In this document: piece after piece, positions 54,053-64,000 of the stretch
Numbering within the stretch: the first letter of the stretch is position 1
Layout: each line of letters opens with the position of its first letter
Assembly: GCA_045863235.1 (NCBI GenBank)
Contig: BTUM01000020.1
Location: forward strand, 32,001 to 96,000
Source of the DNA: Candidatus Xenobia bacterium
Lineage (GTDB): Bacteria; Vulcanimicrobiota; Xenobia; Xenobiales; QWHO01
DNA length: 64,000 nt
Reading direction: 5' to 3'
Made by a program: the position numbers and the translations under genes
The notes under the pieces: model-generated
What the model was told of the DNA's origin: nothing
The model's database searches: none
The model's input: the letters and a program-made list of their open reading frames with translations, nothing else

Positions 54053-54835
54053 ATGGCAGAGGCCGCCCGGCCGCTCGAGGAGCTTGCGCCCCGCCCTGAC
54101 ATTTCGCACCTGATCACGGAGAACGATGAGCCCGTGGACAACTGGTTCCAGGAACGCCAGATACGTCTGCTCCCCGAGAGTCTCTATACCTCCTGGGCTC
54201 GAGCCGGCCAGACGCGTCCGTTCGTGGCGGGCGCTGATGTCGGCCTCTTTTACAAGGTCTCCGAGCAAGCCGTGGTGCCGGATGTCATCATCAGCCTGGA
54301 CGCCGAGGTCCGGGACGATTGGTGGGAGGATCACAACCGCTCGTACATGATCTGGGAGTTTGGCAAGCCTCCCGACCTCGTGGTTGAGGTGGTCTCCAAC
54401 CGCCAGGGTGGGGAGGAAGACAAGCTCTCCCGCTATGCTCAGGCCGGGGTCCCGTATTGCGTGATCTTTGACCCCTGCCACTTCTTGAGCAAGCGCGTCC
54501 TGCGCGTTTACGCCCTTCACGCCGGGCGCTACGTCGATGTGCTCGACCCTTCGTGGCTGGAGGAGATCGGGCTGGGTTTGACTCTCTGGCAGGGAAATTA
54601 CGAAGGGATGACTTCAACCTGGCTGCGCTGGTGCGACCGGGAGGGACAACTGCTGCCGACCGGGCGCGAGCTGGCCGAGCAGGAGCGTCAGCGGGCCGAG
54701 CAAGAGCGGGAGCGGGCCGAGCACGAGCGTGAGCGGGCCGAGCACGAGCGTGAGCGGGCCGAGCACGAGCGTGAGCGAGCCGATCGATTGGCAGTGCGCT
54801 TGCGCGAGCTAGGAGTCGAGCCCGATACTCTTTGA
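54053..54835 (+). CDS. Uma2 (DUF820) family endonuclease with coiled-coil tail
   Basis: VPDV, WEFGKPPDLVVEVVS, K...Y...GVPY..IFDP and WLRW.D..G.LLPT. Confidence 0.92.
   Translation: MAEAARPLEELAPRPDISHLITENDEPVDNWFQERQIRLLPESLYTSWARAGQTRPFVAGADVGLFYKVSEQAVVPDVIISLDAEVRDDWWEDHNRSYMIWEFGKPPDLVVEVVSNRQGGEEDKLSRYAQAGVPYCVIFDPCHFLSKRVLRVYALHAGRYVDVLDPSWLEEIGLGLTLWQGNYEGMTSTWLRWCDREGQLLPTGRELAEQERQRAEQERERAEHERERAEHERERAEHERERADRLAVRLRELGVEPDTL
54674..54783 (+). repeat. 21-bp coding tandem repeat (AE(Q/H)ERER), about 5 copies
   Basis: GCCGAGCACGAGCGTGAGCGG units. Confidence 0.9.
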
Positions 54836-54878
54836 CCAGAAAGGAACTCCTGCCCGGAAAAGCTAAAGCGCTGAGCCT

Positions 54879-57800
54879 ATGGCTCGCAAGCCCGCGGCCC
54901 AGGCTCCCCGCACCATCGGCGACCTCATCGAGGTTCCCCCGATCCGCACCGTCATTCAGCTGGTGGACGCCGGTCGCGCCGAGCTTCGCGACGAGCTGCT
55001 GGGCAGTTTCGTGTTTACCGGCGAGGTGGAGGCCTTCTTCGCTCGCCTGCTGCCGGCTCTGGCTCAACCCACCGGGCTGGGGGCCTTCCTCAAGGGCCAC
55101 TACGGCAGCGGCAAGTCCCATTGCCTTACTTTCCTGCAGCGCCTGCTCGAGCGCGATCCCCTGGCCCGCGAGCGGCTCCCCGAGGGCCTGAGCGCCGTGG
55201 AGCGCGATTTCCTGGTCGTGCCCATCCCCCTGACGGCCTACAGCAACCGCACGCCGCTCGAGAGCATCGTGATGCTGGGCGTGGAGGAGGCGTTGCGCTC
55301 GGCCACCGGGACGCGCCCGGTGCTGGCCGACCGCACCCGTCTGCTGGAGAATTTCCGGCTCTTGATCCTGCCCCACTACCCCCTGCCGGGCTGGGAGGAG
55401 CTGGGCGAGGAGGAGGCTGCCAGGGCGGCCCTCGAGCTCTTGCGCAGCCTGCCCGAGAACCCCCTGCAGCTGAGCTTCGACCGGCGCCAGACCATGGACC
55501 GCCTGCAAGAGCACCTCCAGGGGCGCGCCCTGGTGCTGCTGCTCGACGAGCTTTCCGAGTTCTTGCGATCCAAGGGCAACAGCGCCGGCTACCACGAGGA
55601 CATTCGCTATTTGCAGTTTCTGGGCGAGTGGGCCCAGCAGATGCCGCTCTTCGTGGTGGCCACGCTGCAGCAGTCGCTCGAAGAGCTCGGCTACGGCGAG
55701 GAGGAGACCTACCTGCGCATCAAGGAGCGCTATCCCCTGCGCTTCACCCTCTCGGCCCGCCACGTCTCCGACCTGGTGGAGGGTCGCCTGATCCGCCGCA
55801 AGCCGGGCGCCGAGGAGGTCCTCGAGCGGCTCTGGCGCGAGCTGGAGGAAGCCTATCCCGGACTGATCTCGCGCGAGCGCTTCCTCAAGACCTACCCGGT
55901 CCACCCCGCCACGCTCGAGCTGCTCGAAGGTCTGATGCCCATCTTCTCGCGTCACCGCGGGGTGGTGGATTTCGTGCATACCCGCCTGGCCGGCAACCCC
56001 CTCAAGGGCGAGAGCGGCCTGCTCGGCGAGCCGTTGGACCGGCTCTTGACGCCGGACACCATCTTTGACCACTTCGAGGAGCGTTTCAGCGAGATAGGCG
56101 AGCTCTCACCCTACCGCGATACCGTCTGGGCTCACCTTGCGGGCGAGATCCCTCGTCTTTTCGAGCAACCGCGCGAGCGCGAGATGGCCGAGCAGGCGGT
56201 CAAGATCCTGATTCTGGCCGAGGCCCGCCAGACCCCGGTGGCCCGCGACGCGGCTGGCCTTGCGCGTATGATGGCCCGGCGCATCAGCCGCCTGTCGGCC
56301 CAGGTGAACGTGGACTACCTGCGCGAGAACGTGCTCGAAGTGCTGATCGCCCGGTCCTCGTTCGTGGCCCGGCGAGGCCAGGAGTACTTCCTCGATCTCG
56401 AGGCCAACGTCAACCAGCTGCTCAGCCGGCGCTTGCGAGCGGTTCGTCCCGACAAGGTGGGCGACTGGGGCCAGCTGCTCTCGCTGGTCAAGCGAAACGA
56501 GTTGCCGCTGGCCGAGTACGCGGGCCTGCGCAAGAGCACCCTCAAGTGGGAGAATTCGGTGCGCGAGGGCCTGTCGGGCTGGCTGGACGTACGCGCGCTT
56601 CCCTATCAGGAGTTCATCCGCACCCTCAACCGGCTGGAGGAGGACTCGCTGGACTTTGCCGTCCATCTGGGCCTGCCCGAGGAGGGCCAGGGCGAGGCGG
56701 CTCGGGCCCTGCTCGAGCACGCCCGGCAGAGTCGCATGGCGCCCACGGTGCTATTCTGGTTGCCGACCCCGCCCGACGCCGAGGCGAGCGAGTTGGCCCG
56801 CGACGTGCTGGCTCACCGCCGGGTGGCCCACGATCTCGAGGAGGAGGGCCAGCACGATCCGGCCCGCCTGGTGCGGGCCAACCTGGAGAAGCTGGAGCGA
56901 AAGCTCGAGCGAGCCCTGGCCGACCTCTACGCGGCCGGGCGGGTGCTGCGGGTGGGGGCAGAGGAGAAGGCTCCGGCCGGCGACCCCATGCAGTGGAGCG
57001 AGGTGCTCGCGCGGCTCTTGAAGCCCCGCCTGGCCGAGCTCTATCCCCGTTTTGCCAGCGTGGCTCCCTTCACCGACCTTCTCACCCGCAAGGCCCTCGA
57101 GCGCCTCTGGGCAGAGTTCCTGGCCGAAGGGCGGGCGGCTCGTCCCGGCCAGGCCGACGTTCTCATTGAGACCCTGCTCAAGCCTCTGGGGCTGGTTCAG
57201 GAGGCGAGCGACCACTACGCCCTGCAGGTCGACCCCATCGGTTCTCCGGTGCAGGCCGAGCTGCTCGACCGGTTGCTCCCCGACCAGAAGATCCCCTTGA
57301 GCCAGCTGCGACGGGCCCTGCAGAAGGGTCCCTTCGGGCTGCTCGCGGATCAGTTCGCGCTGCTGGCGGCGGGACTGATCCAGGCCGGTCGGGTCACCCC
57401 CTACGTCAACGACCGCGCTACCCGCCTGGGCTCGATTCGTGACCTGACGCAGCCCCGGGTGGAGGCGCTGGGTCAGGCCCAGATGCTGGAGGCGAGCCAG
57501 CTCGAGCGCCTGGGGGAGCTGGCCTTCTTGTGGCCAGGCGAGAGCCTGTTGCCTCTCAGCCCGACGCGCCTTCGCACCCTGTGGGAGAGCGCCCTGGCCA
57601 GCCTGAGCGCCTTGCGCGAGCAGGCTGACGAGCTGCACGCGCTCACGGGCAAGCTGCCGAGCTGCCCGGCCTTGCCGCTCGAGGAGCTGGCCGCCCGGGC
57701 CCGTCGCGTCGAGCAGATGCTGTCCGCGGTGGGCTCACCGGCCGGGGCCGCCGTGGGCCTGCGCCGGCTGCTCGAGCAGGACGTGGCCGAGCTCGAGCGA

Positions 57801-59750
57801 GCGTTTCGCGAGCTGCCCTTGTGGCTCGAGCTCTTGCGCCGTCACGGTCGGGCCATCGCCGCCGCCTGGCGTCGCTGGGAGGAAGCGCCCGACGTGCGCT
57901 CTCGCCTGGGCGAGCTGGTCGCTCATCCCGAGCGCTGGGAGGAGCTCTCGCTCGAGCTCTCCGAGCGCGAGGCAACCTATCGCCAGAGCTATACCGAGGC
58001 GCACCGCGAGTTCTATGCGGGCGAGGTGTTCAGCCTCAAGAAGCGCCTTCTGGCCACGGGCGAATGGGCTGCGGTGGAGGCCCTGGGCCCGGTGCTGGGG
58101 CTGGAGGCGCGTCCCAGCGCCGCTTCCCTCAAGCACCTCCTCGAAGAGCTCCCCCGCCCCTGCCGTCACCGTCTCGAGGAGCAGCTTCTCCTGGGCGTGC
58201 GCTGCGCCTGTGGCTTCGTGCCCGGCCAGAGCCCGCCCGAGGTGGAGGACCCGGGACCGCAGGTGCGTCAGGGCCTGGTCTCGGCCTGCCAGGCTCTGTG
58301 CGAGGCCCACGAGCGGCTGGACGTTTTCGTGCGCAACCTGCGCCAGGTAGGCCAGGAGGCCCGCGCGGCCCGCCTCGAGCAGGTGCTGGCGGCGGCCTCC
58401 GAGCTGGCCGCCGAGCCCGCCCTGGAGGGAACCTGGACGCGCCTGTCCACGCACCTTGCCGGCCTGGTCGACGGGCCCACCGTGGAGAGCTTGAGCCGGG
58501 CTCTGACCGGCCAGGTCCTGGTAGCGCCTCGTCGCCTGGAAGATCTGGTGCGCCGCCTGGAGGATCAGCGCTTACCGCTCTCTCGCCTGCGCCAGCATTT
58601 CGAGGAGTGGTTGGAAGCGGGCTCGCTACGTCCCGACAGCTGGGTGCACGTGCAGTACGGGCTTGACGCCGAGCGGGGCCTGGGGGCCTGGCTTGCGGCC
58701 TGGCTGGCCCAGCACTCGCTGGAGGCGGGCCGCGAGCTGCGGCGGCGCTTCCAACTCGAGGACGCGGGAGCGCCCTCGGGCTCGGCCGAGGAGGCTTACG
58801 CGCGGCTTTCCGAGGTTTTGCCTGTGTCAGCTCTCGATCCGGTCGCCGGAGCGCTGCAGGAGCGTATCTTTCCAGAAGTCTCGCTGCGCCTCTGTCGATC
58901 AGCTCTGTACCGGGCGCTGGAGGACCCTTCCGTGGCCCGCCGCCTTTTGGAGCTGCCGCGCATTGATTTCGAGCACCTGGAGGTGGCCCGCCTGGCCGCC
59001 GAGGTGCTCTCCTGCGAGTCGAGCGACTATCCCACCGTGGCCCGCCTGCTGCCCGAGTGGGGCTGCGCCCGCCACCTCGATCTTGCCGCCGGCCTGCTCG
59101 AGCCTGCGCTGGAAGCGGGCATTTCGGCCCGCCTGGAGGCTCTGCTGGAGGGCTGTGAGTTGCCTTCCCTGGGCCTCGGGGAGGCCCCCGCCGCTCTGGC
59201 GGGAAGCTGGAACGGCCCGCTGGTGGTGCTGGTGGTGGACGCCCTGCGTTGGGACCTGTGGGATCTCATGAGGGGCCTGGTGGAGGCCGAGCTGGGCGCT
59301 CCCGCGCAAGAGCAGCTGGCCCTCTCGCCGCTCCCCACGGTGACCACGCAGGCCCGCTCGGCCCTGCTAGGCGGCGAGGAGGAAGCTCCGCCCGGCAGCG
59401 ACGGCCTCTTGCTCGCTCGTCCCGTGGTGCTGGTCAAGAACGCCGATGACAGGCGCAATCGCTCGCGGGTGGAGGGGCTCCTGGCTTCGCCCCCGCCGGT
59501 GCTGATGCTGCATCTGTCCTTCGTGGATCGGCGGCGCCACGAGTCGAGCCTCGAGCTCTGGCCGCTCTACCAGGAGCTGCTCGGCGAGGCACGCGTGCGG
59601 CTGGTGCCGCTGCTGCGCCTGATCCGGCCCGGCTGCCGGATCTTGCTGCTGGCCGACCACGGCTTTCTGGGGGTGGAGGAGGGCGACCGGGCCCACGGAG
59701 GCGCGCGTCCTCAAGAGCGGGTCGTGCCCGCCGTGGTCTGGGAGCGTTAG
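54879..59750 (+). CDS. DUF6079/BrxC-like P-loop ATPase fused to a C-terminal PglZ domain
   Basis: GHYGSGKSH, LLLDELSEFL, YPVHP and RCACGF; C-terminal VVDALRWD, SPLPTVT, ADHG and HGG..P.E.VVP. Confidence 0.8.
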   Translation: MARKPAAQAPRTIGDLIEVPPIRTVIQLVDAGRAELRDELLGSFVFTGEVEAFFARLLPALAQPTGLGAFLKGHYGSGKSHCLTFLQRLLERDPLARERLPEGLSAVERDFLVVPIPLTAYSNRTPLESIVMLGVEEALRSATGTRPVLADRTRLLENFRLLILPHYPLPGWEELGEEEAARAALELLRSLPENPLQLSFDRRQTMDRLQEHLQGRALVLLLDELSEFLRSKGNSAGYHEDIRYLQFLGEWAQQMPLFVVATLQQSLEELGYGEEETYLRIKERYPLRFTLSARHVSDLVEGRLIRRKPGAEEVLERLWRELEEAYPGLISRERFLKTYPVHPATLELLEGLMPIFSRHRGVVDFVHTRLAGNPLKGESGLLGEPLDRLLTPDTIFDHFEERFSEIGELSPYRDTVWAHLAGEIPRLFEQPREREMAEQAVKILILAEARQTPVARDAAGLARMMARRISRLSAQVNVDYLRENVLEVLIARSSFVARRGQEYFLDLEANVNQLLSRRLRAVRPDKVGDWGQLLSLVKRNELPLAEYAGLRKSTLKWENSVREGLSGWLDVRALPYQEFIRTLNRLEEDSLDFAVHLGLPEEGQGEAARALLEHARQSRMAPTVLFWLPTPPDAEASELARDVLAHRRVAHDLEEEGQHDPARLVRANLEKLERKLERALADLYAAGRVLRVGAEEKAPAGDPMQWSEVLARLLKPRLAELYPRFASVAPFTDLLTRKALERLWAEFLAEGRAARPGQADVLIETLLKPLGLVQEASDHYALQVDPIGSPVQAELLDRLLPDQKIPLSQLRRALQKGPFGLLADQFALLAAGLIQAGRVTPYVNDRATRLGSIRDLTQPRVEALGQAQMLEASQLERLGELAFLWPGESLLPLSPTRLRTLWESALASLSALREQADELHALTGKLPSCPALPLEELAARARRVEQMLSAVGSPAGAAVGLRRLLEQDVAELERAFRELPLWLELLRRHGRAIAAAWRRWEEAPDVRSRLGELVAHPERWEELSLELSEREATYRQSYTEAHREFYAGEVFSLKKRLLATGEWAAVEALGPVLGLEARPSAASLKHLLEELPRPCRHRLEEQLLLGVRCACGFVPGQSPPEVEDPGPQVRQGLVSACQALCEAHERLDVFVRNLRQVGQEARAARLEQVLAAASELAAEPALEGTWTRLSTHLAGLVDGPTVESLSRALTGQVLVAPRRLEDLVRRLEDQRLPLSRLRQHFEEWLEAGSLRPDSWVHVQYGLDAERGLGAWLAAWLAQHSLEAGRELRRRFQLEDAGAPSGSAEEAYARLSEVLPVSALDPVAGALQERIFPEVSLRLCRSALYRALEDPSVARRLLELPRIDFEHLEVARLAAEVLSCESSDYPTVARLLPEWGCARHLDLAAGLLEPALEAGISARLEALLEGCELPSLGLGEAPAALAGSWNGPLVVLVVDALRWDLWDLMRGLVEAELGAPAQEQLALSPLPTVTTQARSALLGGEEEAPPGSDGLLLARPVVLVKNADDRRNRSRVEGLLASPPPVLMLHLSFVDRRRHESSLELWPLYQELLGEARVRLVPLLRLIRPGCRILLLADHGFLGVEEGDRAHGGARPQERVVPAVVWER

Positions 59751-59751
59751 C

Positions 59752-62700
59752 TCAACCGCCGTGGGCCAGATCCTCGCTTAACTTCCCCTCCCTTATTCCG
59801 TAGAGCCCGGCGTAGCGCACCGGCTCGGGCGCCAGCTTCGCCCAGTGCTCGGCGTACTGCTCCACCTGACCTGCGTAGCGCGCCACCAGCTCGTCCAGGC
59901 TCCTGCGGTCGGTCTTGTAGTCCACCAGCTCCCACCCCTCCTCCTGCTGCAGGGCCAGATCCAGCACACCAAAGATCAGCCGGTCCTCCACCCGGGCCCC
60001 GAAAGGCACCTCCACCAGGCGCTGGCCGGCTTGCATGGCCCGGGCCCAGAAGGGGGTCGTCTTCACCTGCTCCACCGTCTCCAGGGCCAGCGGTATCAGC
60101 TGGCTCAACTCCGGCGACTCGAAGGTGAACCAGCGAGCCAGTCTTGCCAACTCGTCCGAGCCCAGTGAAGGTTTGCGCATGAGCTGCTCGAGCAGCCGGT
60201 GGATCAGCTCGCCCCAGGCGGCACCCGCGTCGGGACGCTCGCTGCTCAGGGCCTCCTCGGGGATGGGCGCGCTCCACACCTGGAGGCGCTCCTCGTGGTT
60301 GCTGGCGGTGACCGAGGTACGCCGCCAGCTCAGCTCGCGGGCGCTCTCCCAGTCGCACACAGGGGGGTGCTTGCGACGCTTGCGGGGGCGAGACGGCTCG
60401 AGCGCCGGGGGCAGCTCGTCGGCTTCGCCCAGGAACTCGTCGAAAGCCGCCCAGGGGCGGTGGGCCGAGCCGTGAGTGCCGGTCCACTGGCTCACGACCA
60501 GCTGCTCGCGGGCCCGGGTGGCGGCCACGTAGAGCAGGCGGATCCGCTCCGCATTCAGATAGCCGATCTCGGCCGCCTCGTGCTCGGGCCAGTCGGGGGG
60601 CTGGGCGAAGATGCGATACTGGTTGCGCATGGTGAGAAATCCCCGGGCGCCCCCCTCGGCTCGCAGAATACGCCGGTCGGCCCGCACCGCCAAGCCCCCG
60701 GTGGGGGCCACCAGGAAGACGACCCGGGCCTCCAGGCCCTTGGCCTGGTGGAGGTTCATCAACCGGACCACGTCCGAGCGTCCGCAATCGAGGGCCAGAG
60801 GACGTTCCTGGCGCACGCTGAGAAGCCCGCGCAGGGCCTCGGAGAAGGTCAGGCCCTCCGAGCAGGCCAGGCGGAGCGCATCGGCGATCTGCAAGAGCTC
60901 GGCGGCGCCTCCCGGTCGGGCGGCCGCCAGGGCCAGCAGGCCGGAGTCTTCCAGCACTTTCTCCACGGCGGCCCCGATGGGCAGGCGGCCGAGCAGCTGG
61001 TGCATGGCGCGCAGGCGCTGCAGGGCCTGGTTGACCACCCGCTCGCCCTGATCAGATGGGTAGAAGGCGCCCCCCTGCAGGCGGTGGCGATAGAGAGTGT
61101 CGTCGTCGATCCCAAAGAGCGTGCCGCGCAGCACGCCCACCAGGCTCACCTCGTCTTGCGGGTCGCTGAGCACGCTCAAGAGCTCGAAGAGAGCCCCCAC
61201 CTCCTCGTCGGCGCTGGCGTGACCGCCGGTGACCTCGCAGGGCACGGCCCGCTCGGCCAGGGCCTGGGCGTACAGGCTGAGGTGCTCGCGCCTCATGGTG
61301 AGCAGGAGGAAGTCGCCGGCGCGATAGTCGCCTGAGGCGATGGCCCCCGAGATCCACTCGGCCACCTTCGGAGCCTCGCAGTCGCTGGTCTGGGAGTATC
61401 GCTCCGAGCTAACCGGGCTGCGCCACAGCCGGGCCTGGCCCGTCTTCACCGGCACCAGGGGCGAGAAGGCGGCTTGCTCGTCGGTAGGCTCTTCAGGCAG
61501 CAGGCGGCTGAAGACGCGGTTGGTCCATTCGCAGAGCCCGGGCAGCGAGCGGAAGGAGGCGCTGAGGGTCACGGTGCGGTCCATGCGCTCGCGCACCTGG
61601 TTGTAGGTCTCGATGTCGGCGCGCCGGAAGCGGTAGATCGACTGCTTGGGGTCGCCCACGATGAAGAGGGCTCCGGGGCGCAGCTCCAGCTGGCTCCAGT
61701 CGCTTTCTTCTTGCCCCGGTCGGGCGGCCAGCAGGAACAACACCTCGGCCTGGATGGGATCGGTGTCCTGGAACTCGTCCACGAAGAGCCAGCGGTAGCG
61801 GCGCTGCAGGCGCTCGCGCACCTCGGGACGCTCGCGCAAGAGTCGGGCGGCGATCGTCAGAAGGTCGTTGAAGTTCAGCAGCCCCCGGCGGCGTCGCTCT
61901 TCTCGGTAGCGCTCACGCACGGTCTGGAGAAAGCCGGTGCAGAGGGTGTAGAGGAAGGCCTTCCAGTCGCGCAGGAAGGGCTCTGCGATTTGCTCTCGGA
62001 AGGCGTTGGCTCGGGCCAGGGCGCGGTCGCAGTTGGCCCGCCGCTCGGCCGGGCTCTCGCCCCACCATTTCTGCACCGATTTGGGCTCGCGCTCAAAGAG
62101 CGACAGAAGACCGACCAGGTTGAAGAGATCGCGGGAGGCGCGACTTTTCTTGCCCAGGAACTGATCGCTTCGCTTGAAGAGCTCACAGGTGGTGTGGACG
62201 GCCTGAACGCTCCGGGGAAGAAGACCCTCGATCTCTTCGGCAAACTGGTCCACGGCCTTCCAGGCGGCCTCGACGTCGGGCCGGGGATGGTTGCCGGGGG
62301 GGAAGTCGACCTCGCCGTTATCGCACACGATGGCCAGGGCGTCGAGCAGATCCTCGGGAGCTGCCCCCGACTCGGACAGCTCGCGGCGCACCGCCACGCC
62401 CTCGGGCTCTTCGAGGCAGCGGCGGAAGATGAAGTTGCGCAGGGTCTGATCCTCGGCTTCGTCGGTCTCGCGAAAGCCGGGGGTGATGCCGGCCTCGACG
62501 GGAACCTCGCGCACGAGCGAGGCGCAAAACGAGTGCACCGTGCCCAGAAACATGCGGTCGAGCTCTTGCAGGGCCTGGCTCAGGAGGGGCGAGGGCTCCT
62601 CGGCAATGGCCTGCTCGAGCGCGAGCTGCAGGCGGCCGCGCAGCTCGGAGGCGGCCTTGCGGGTGAAGGTCACCGCCGCCATCTCGCCGGTCCGGTAGCG

Positions 62701-62835
62701 GCCGGAGCGCAGTCCGGCCACCATGCGCGAGGAGAGGCTTTGGGTCTTGCCCGAGCCGGCGGGGGCCTCCACCATCAAGTTGAAGGCGAGATCGCTGGCA
62801 ATCTGCTCGCGCGCTTTCTGGTCGGGCAGGGTCAT
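59752..62835 (-). CDS. UvrD-family helicase/nuclease, AddA-like
   Basis: APAGSGKT, VTFT.KAA.EL, VDEFQDT, VGDPKQSIYRFR, H.AKGLE, YVAATRA and C-terminal DYKT. Confidence 0.92.
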   Translation of the reverse strand: MTLPDQKAREQIASDLAFNLMVEAPAGSGKTQSLSSRMVAGLRSGRYRTGEMAAVTFTRKAASELRGRLQLALEQAIAEEPSPLLSQALQELDRMFLGTVHSFCASLVREVPVEAGITPGFRETDEAEDQTLRNFIFRRCLEEPEGVAVRRELSESGAAPEDLLDALAIVCDNGEVDFPPGNHPRPDVEAAWKAVDQFAEEIEGLLPRSVQAVHTTCELFKRSDQFLGKKSRASRDLFNLVGLLSLFEREPKSVQKWWGESPAERRANCDRALARANAFREQIAEPFLRDWKAFLYTLCTGFLQTVRERYREERRRRGLLNFNDLLTIAARLLRERPEVRERLQRRYRWLFVDEFQDTDPIQAEVLFLLAARPGQEESDWSQLELRPGALFIVGDPKQSIYRFRRADIETYNQVRERMDRTVTLSASFRSLPGLCEWTNRVFSRLLPEEPTDEQAAFSPLVPVKTGQARLWRSPVSSERYSQTSDCEAPKVAEWISGAIASGDYRAGDFLLLTMRREHLSLYAQALAERAVPCEVTGGHASADEEVGALFELLSVLSDPQDEVSLVGVLRGTLFGIDDDTLYRHRLQGGAFYPSDQGERVVNQALQRLRAMHQLLGRLPIGAAVEKVLEDSGLLALAAARPGGAAELLQIADALRLACSEGLTFSEALRGLLSVRQERPLALDCGRSDVVRLMNLHQAKGLEARVVFLVAPTGGLAVRADRRILRAEGGARGFLTMRNQYRIFAQPPDWPEHEAAEIGYLNAERIRLLYVAATRAREQLVVSQWTGTHGSAHRPWAAFDEFLGEADELPPALEPSRPRKRRKHPPVCDWESARELSWRRTSVTASNHEERLQVWSAPIPEEALSSERPDAGAAWGELIHRLLEQLMRKPSLGSDELARLARWFTFESPELSQLIPLALETVEQVKTTPFWARAMQAGQRLVEVPFGARVEDRLIFGVLDLALQQEEGWELVDYKTDRRSLDELVARYAGQVEQYAEHWAKLAPEPVRYAGLYGIREGKLSEDLAHGG

Positions 62836-64000
62836 CAGGGCACCTCGGCGGCCCGCCGGCGATAGTCGAGCAGCGGGTTGTGGCCTGCGAGCTTGTTCCT
62901 GGCTGCCTCGTCGGTATTCGCCCGGCAGGCGTTCTGGAAGTTGCAATAGGTGCAGTCGTTCTTGCGGCTCTCGGTGTGCAGGAAGGCGCCCGTCTCAAGC
63001 GGCTCGAGCACGTCTTGCAGCAGGGCCTCGAGGTGGGCCGCGTCGGGGGAGGGGAAGAAGAGCCAGGGCCGCTCGCCGCGCGTGGTGGGGAAGCAGTAGC
63101 TAAGCCCCCGCACGCTCTCGCCGGTGAGCTCCTGGGCGACCAGCGCGTAGAGGGCGTGCTGCAGCAGACGCCCTCCCTGAAAGACGGCCCCATCCACGGT
63201 TTTGAGCCGGCGGCCGGTCTTGTAGTCGACCACCTCGATACCCTGCCCGAGGCGGTCGATGCGGTCGATGCGCCCCCGCAGGGGCAGGTTCATGACCTTG
63301 ACCGGCTCGGCGCGGGCCAGGGGCTCGTCCTCGAGCCCGTCCTGGCCGAAGGCCACCTCGCAGCCGATGGGGGTGCGCTCGGGATGGCTCAGCTCGAGGC
63401 GCAAGAAGCACTCCAGATCGCGCTTGAGCATGCGCGTCTCGCCTCTCTCGACGGCCCGGGAAGGAGGAGGATATTCGCGCCGGAACGCTTCCAGCGCCTC
63501 CTCGAGGAGCTGCTCGAGCCGGGGCGTATCGCGCTCCTTGTCGGGTCGCCACCCGCGCCGGCGAAGCTCGCGATGGTAGGTGGCGAAAAGGTCGTGCAAG
63601 AGCGAGCCCCGGGCCGCCTCGTCGAGCCAGCGGTCGGGGTCGGGGCGAGACAGATCGAGCGGTCGCAGCCTGAGAGCGCGCTCGAGGAAGTCGCGGAAGG
63701 GGCAGGCCGCCAGGCCTTCGAGCCGGCTGGCCGAGACAGGCTCTCCGGTGCGGCGGGGATCGAGCCGTCCGGCCGCAGAAGGCACATAGCCGTCGTAGAC
63801 GGTGAAACGGTCGGAGGCGCGCTCCTCGGCCGCCCGGCGGCCGGCGGCCAGATTGGGGAAGCTCTCCAGGGCCGGGTCGGGGTCGAGCAGCCAGCGCTCG
63901 GTCACGCTGGCGGCGACCTCCGGGCTGGCGTAGCCCACCGGCTCGCCCAGCCAGTGCTCGAGGTCTTCATAGCTCTTCAGCGGGTGCACCTTGCGGGCGG
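62835..64000 (-). CDS. PD-(D/E)XK nuclease, AddB-like, 5'-truncated by window
   Basis: SASRLE..AACP, RGRIDRID, VVDYKTG, Q..LY and CTYC.....C Fe-S ligands. Confidence 0.88.
   Translation of the reverse strand, partial: ARKVHPLKSYEDLEHWLGEPVGYASPEVAASVTERWLLDPDPALESFPNLAAGRRAAEERASDRFTVYDGYVPSAAGRLDPRRTGEPVSASRLEGLAACPFRDFLERALRLRPLDLSRPDPDRWLDEAARGSLLHDLFATYHRELRRRGWRPDKERDTPRLEQLLEEALEAFRREYPPPSRAVERGETRMLKRDLECFLRLELSHPERTPIGCEVAFGQDGLEDEPLARAEPVKVMNLPLRGRIDRIDRLGQGIEVVDYKTGRRLKTVDGAVFQGGRLLQHALYALVAQELTGESVRGLSYCFPTTRGERPWLFFPSPDAAHLEALLQDVLEPLETGAFLHTESRKNDCTYCNFQNACRANTDEAARNKLAGHNPLLDYRRRAAEVP

Noticed and set aside
54674..54783. Uma2 heptad VNTR as a novelty
   Set aside because: Such ERAEQER tails are common in Uma2 family proteins.
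52796..56072. Long minus-strand ORFs (574 and 593 aa)
   Set aside because: Antisense to the TPR, Uma2 and ATPase genes, which carry clear motifs.
54053..64000. Complete BREX defence island
   Set aside because: No pglX, brxA, brxB, brxL or brxH seen; the flanking helicase/nuclease pair looks like housekeeping AddAB.

Overview
High-GC bacterial chromosomal window with about 55 CDSs and no rRNA, tRNA or CRISPR array seen. The gene families (expanded pilin-like proteins, FG-GAP lipoprotein, Uma2 coiled-coil protein, many orphan proteins with disordered leaders) suggest Ca. Eremiobacterota/Vulcanimicrobiota; this is an inference only. Housekeeping and metabolic genes: ispH, HugZ-like protein, gloB, Nudix hydrolase, a cofD-cofC-cofE plus F420-dependent LLM operon, tandem CNNM/CorC proteins, type-2 valS, btpA-like, miaE, HAD phosphatase and AddAB-like genes. 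Most notable: (1) a minor-pilin operon (PilX/PilW/PilV-like plus PilC) in which one pilin is fused to a c-type cytochrome, divergent from a lipoprotein-like cytochrome c; (2) a ~24 kb tract of signal-peptide-less, effector-like proteins, several sharing an N-terminal D-x-V-x-L-S motif, a C-terminal IGG-x-x-L-R-x-R motif or a common promoter layout; (3) a stand-alone BrxC/DUF6079 ATPase-PglZ fusion next to addAB; (4) a multicore RiPP-precursor-like protein (4x DSPGAGGGYPP) facing a SAM methyltransferase; (5) dispersed non-coding palindromic elements shared between distant intergenic regions. All family calls come from motif recognition by eye, not database searches.
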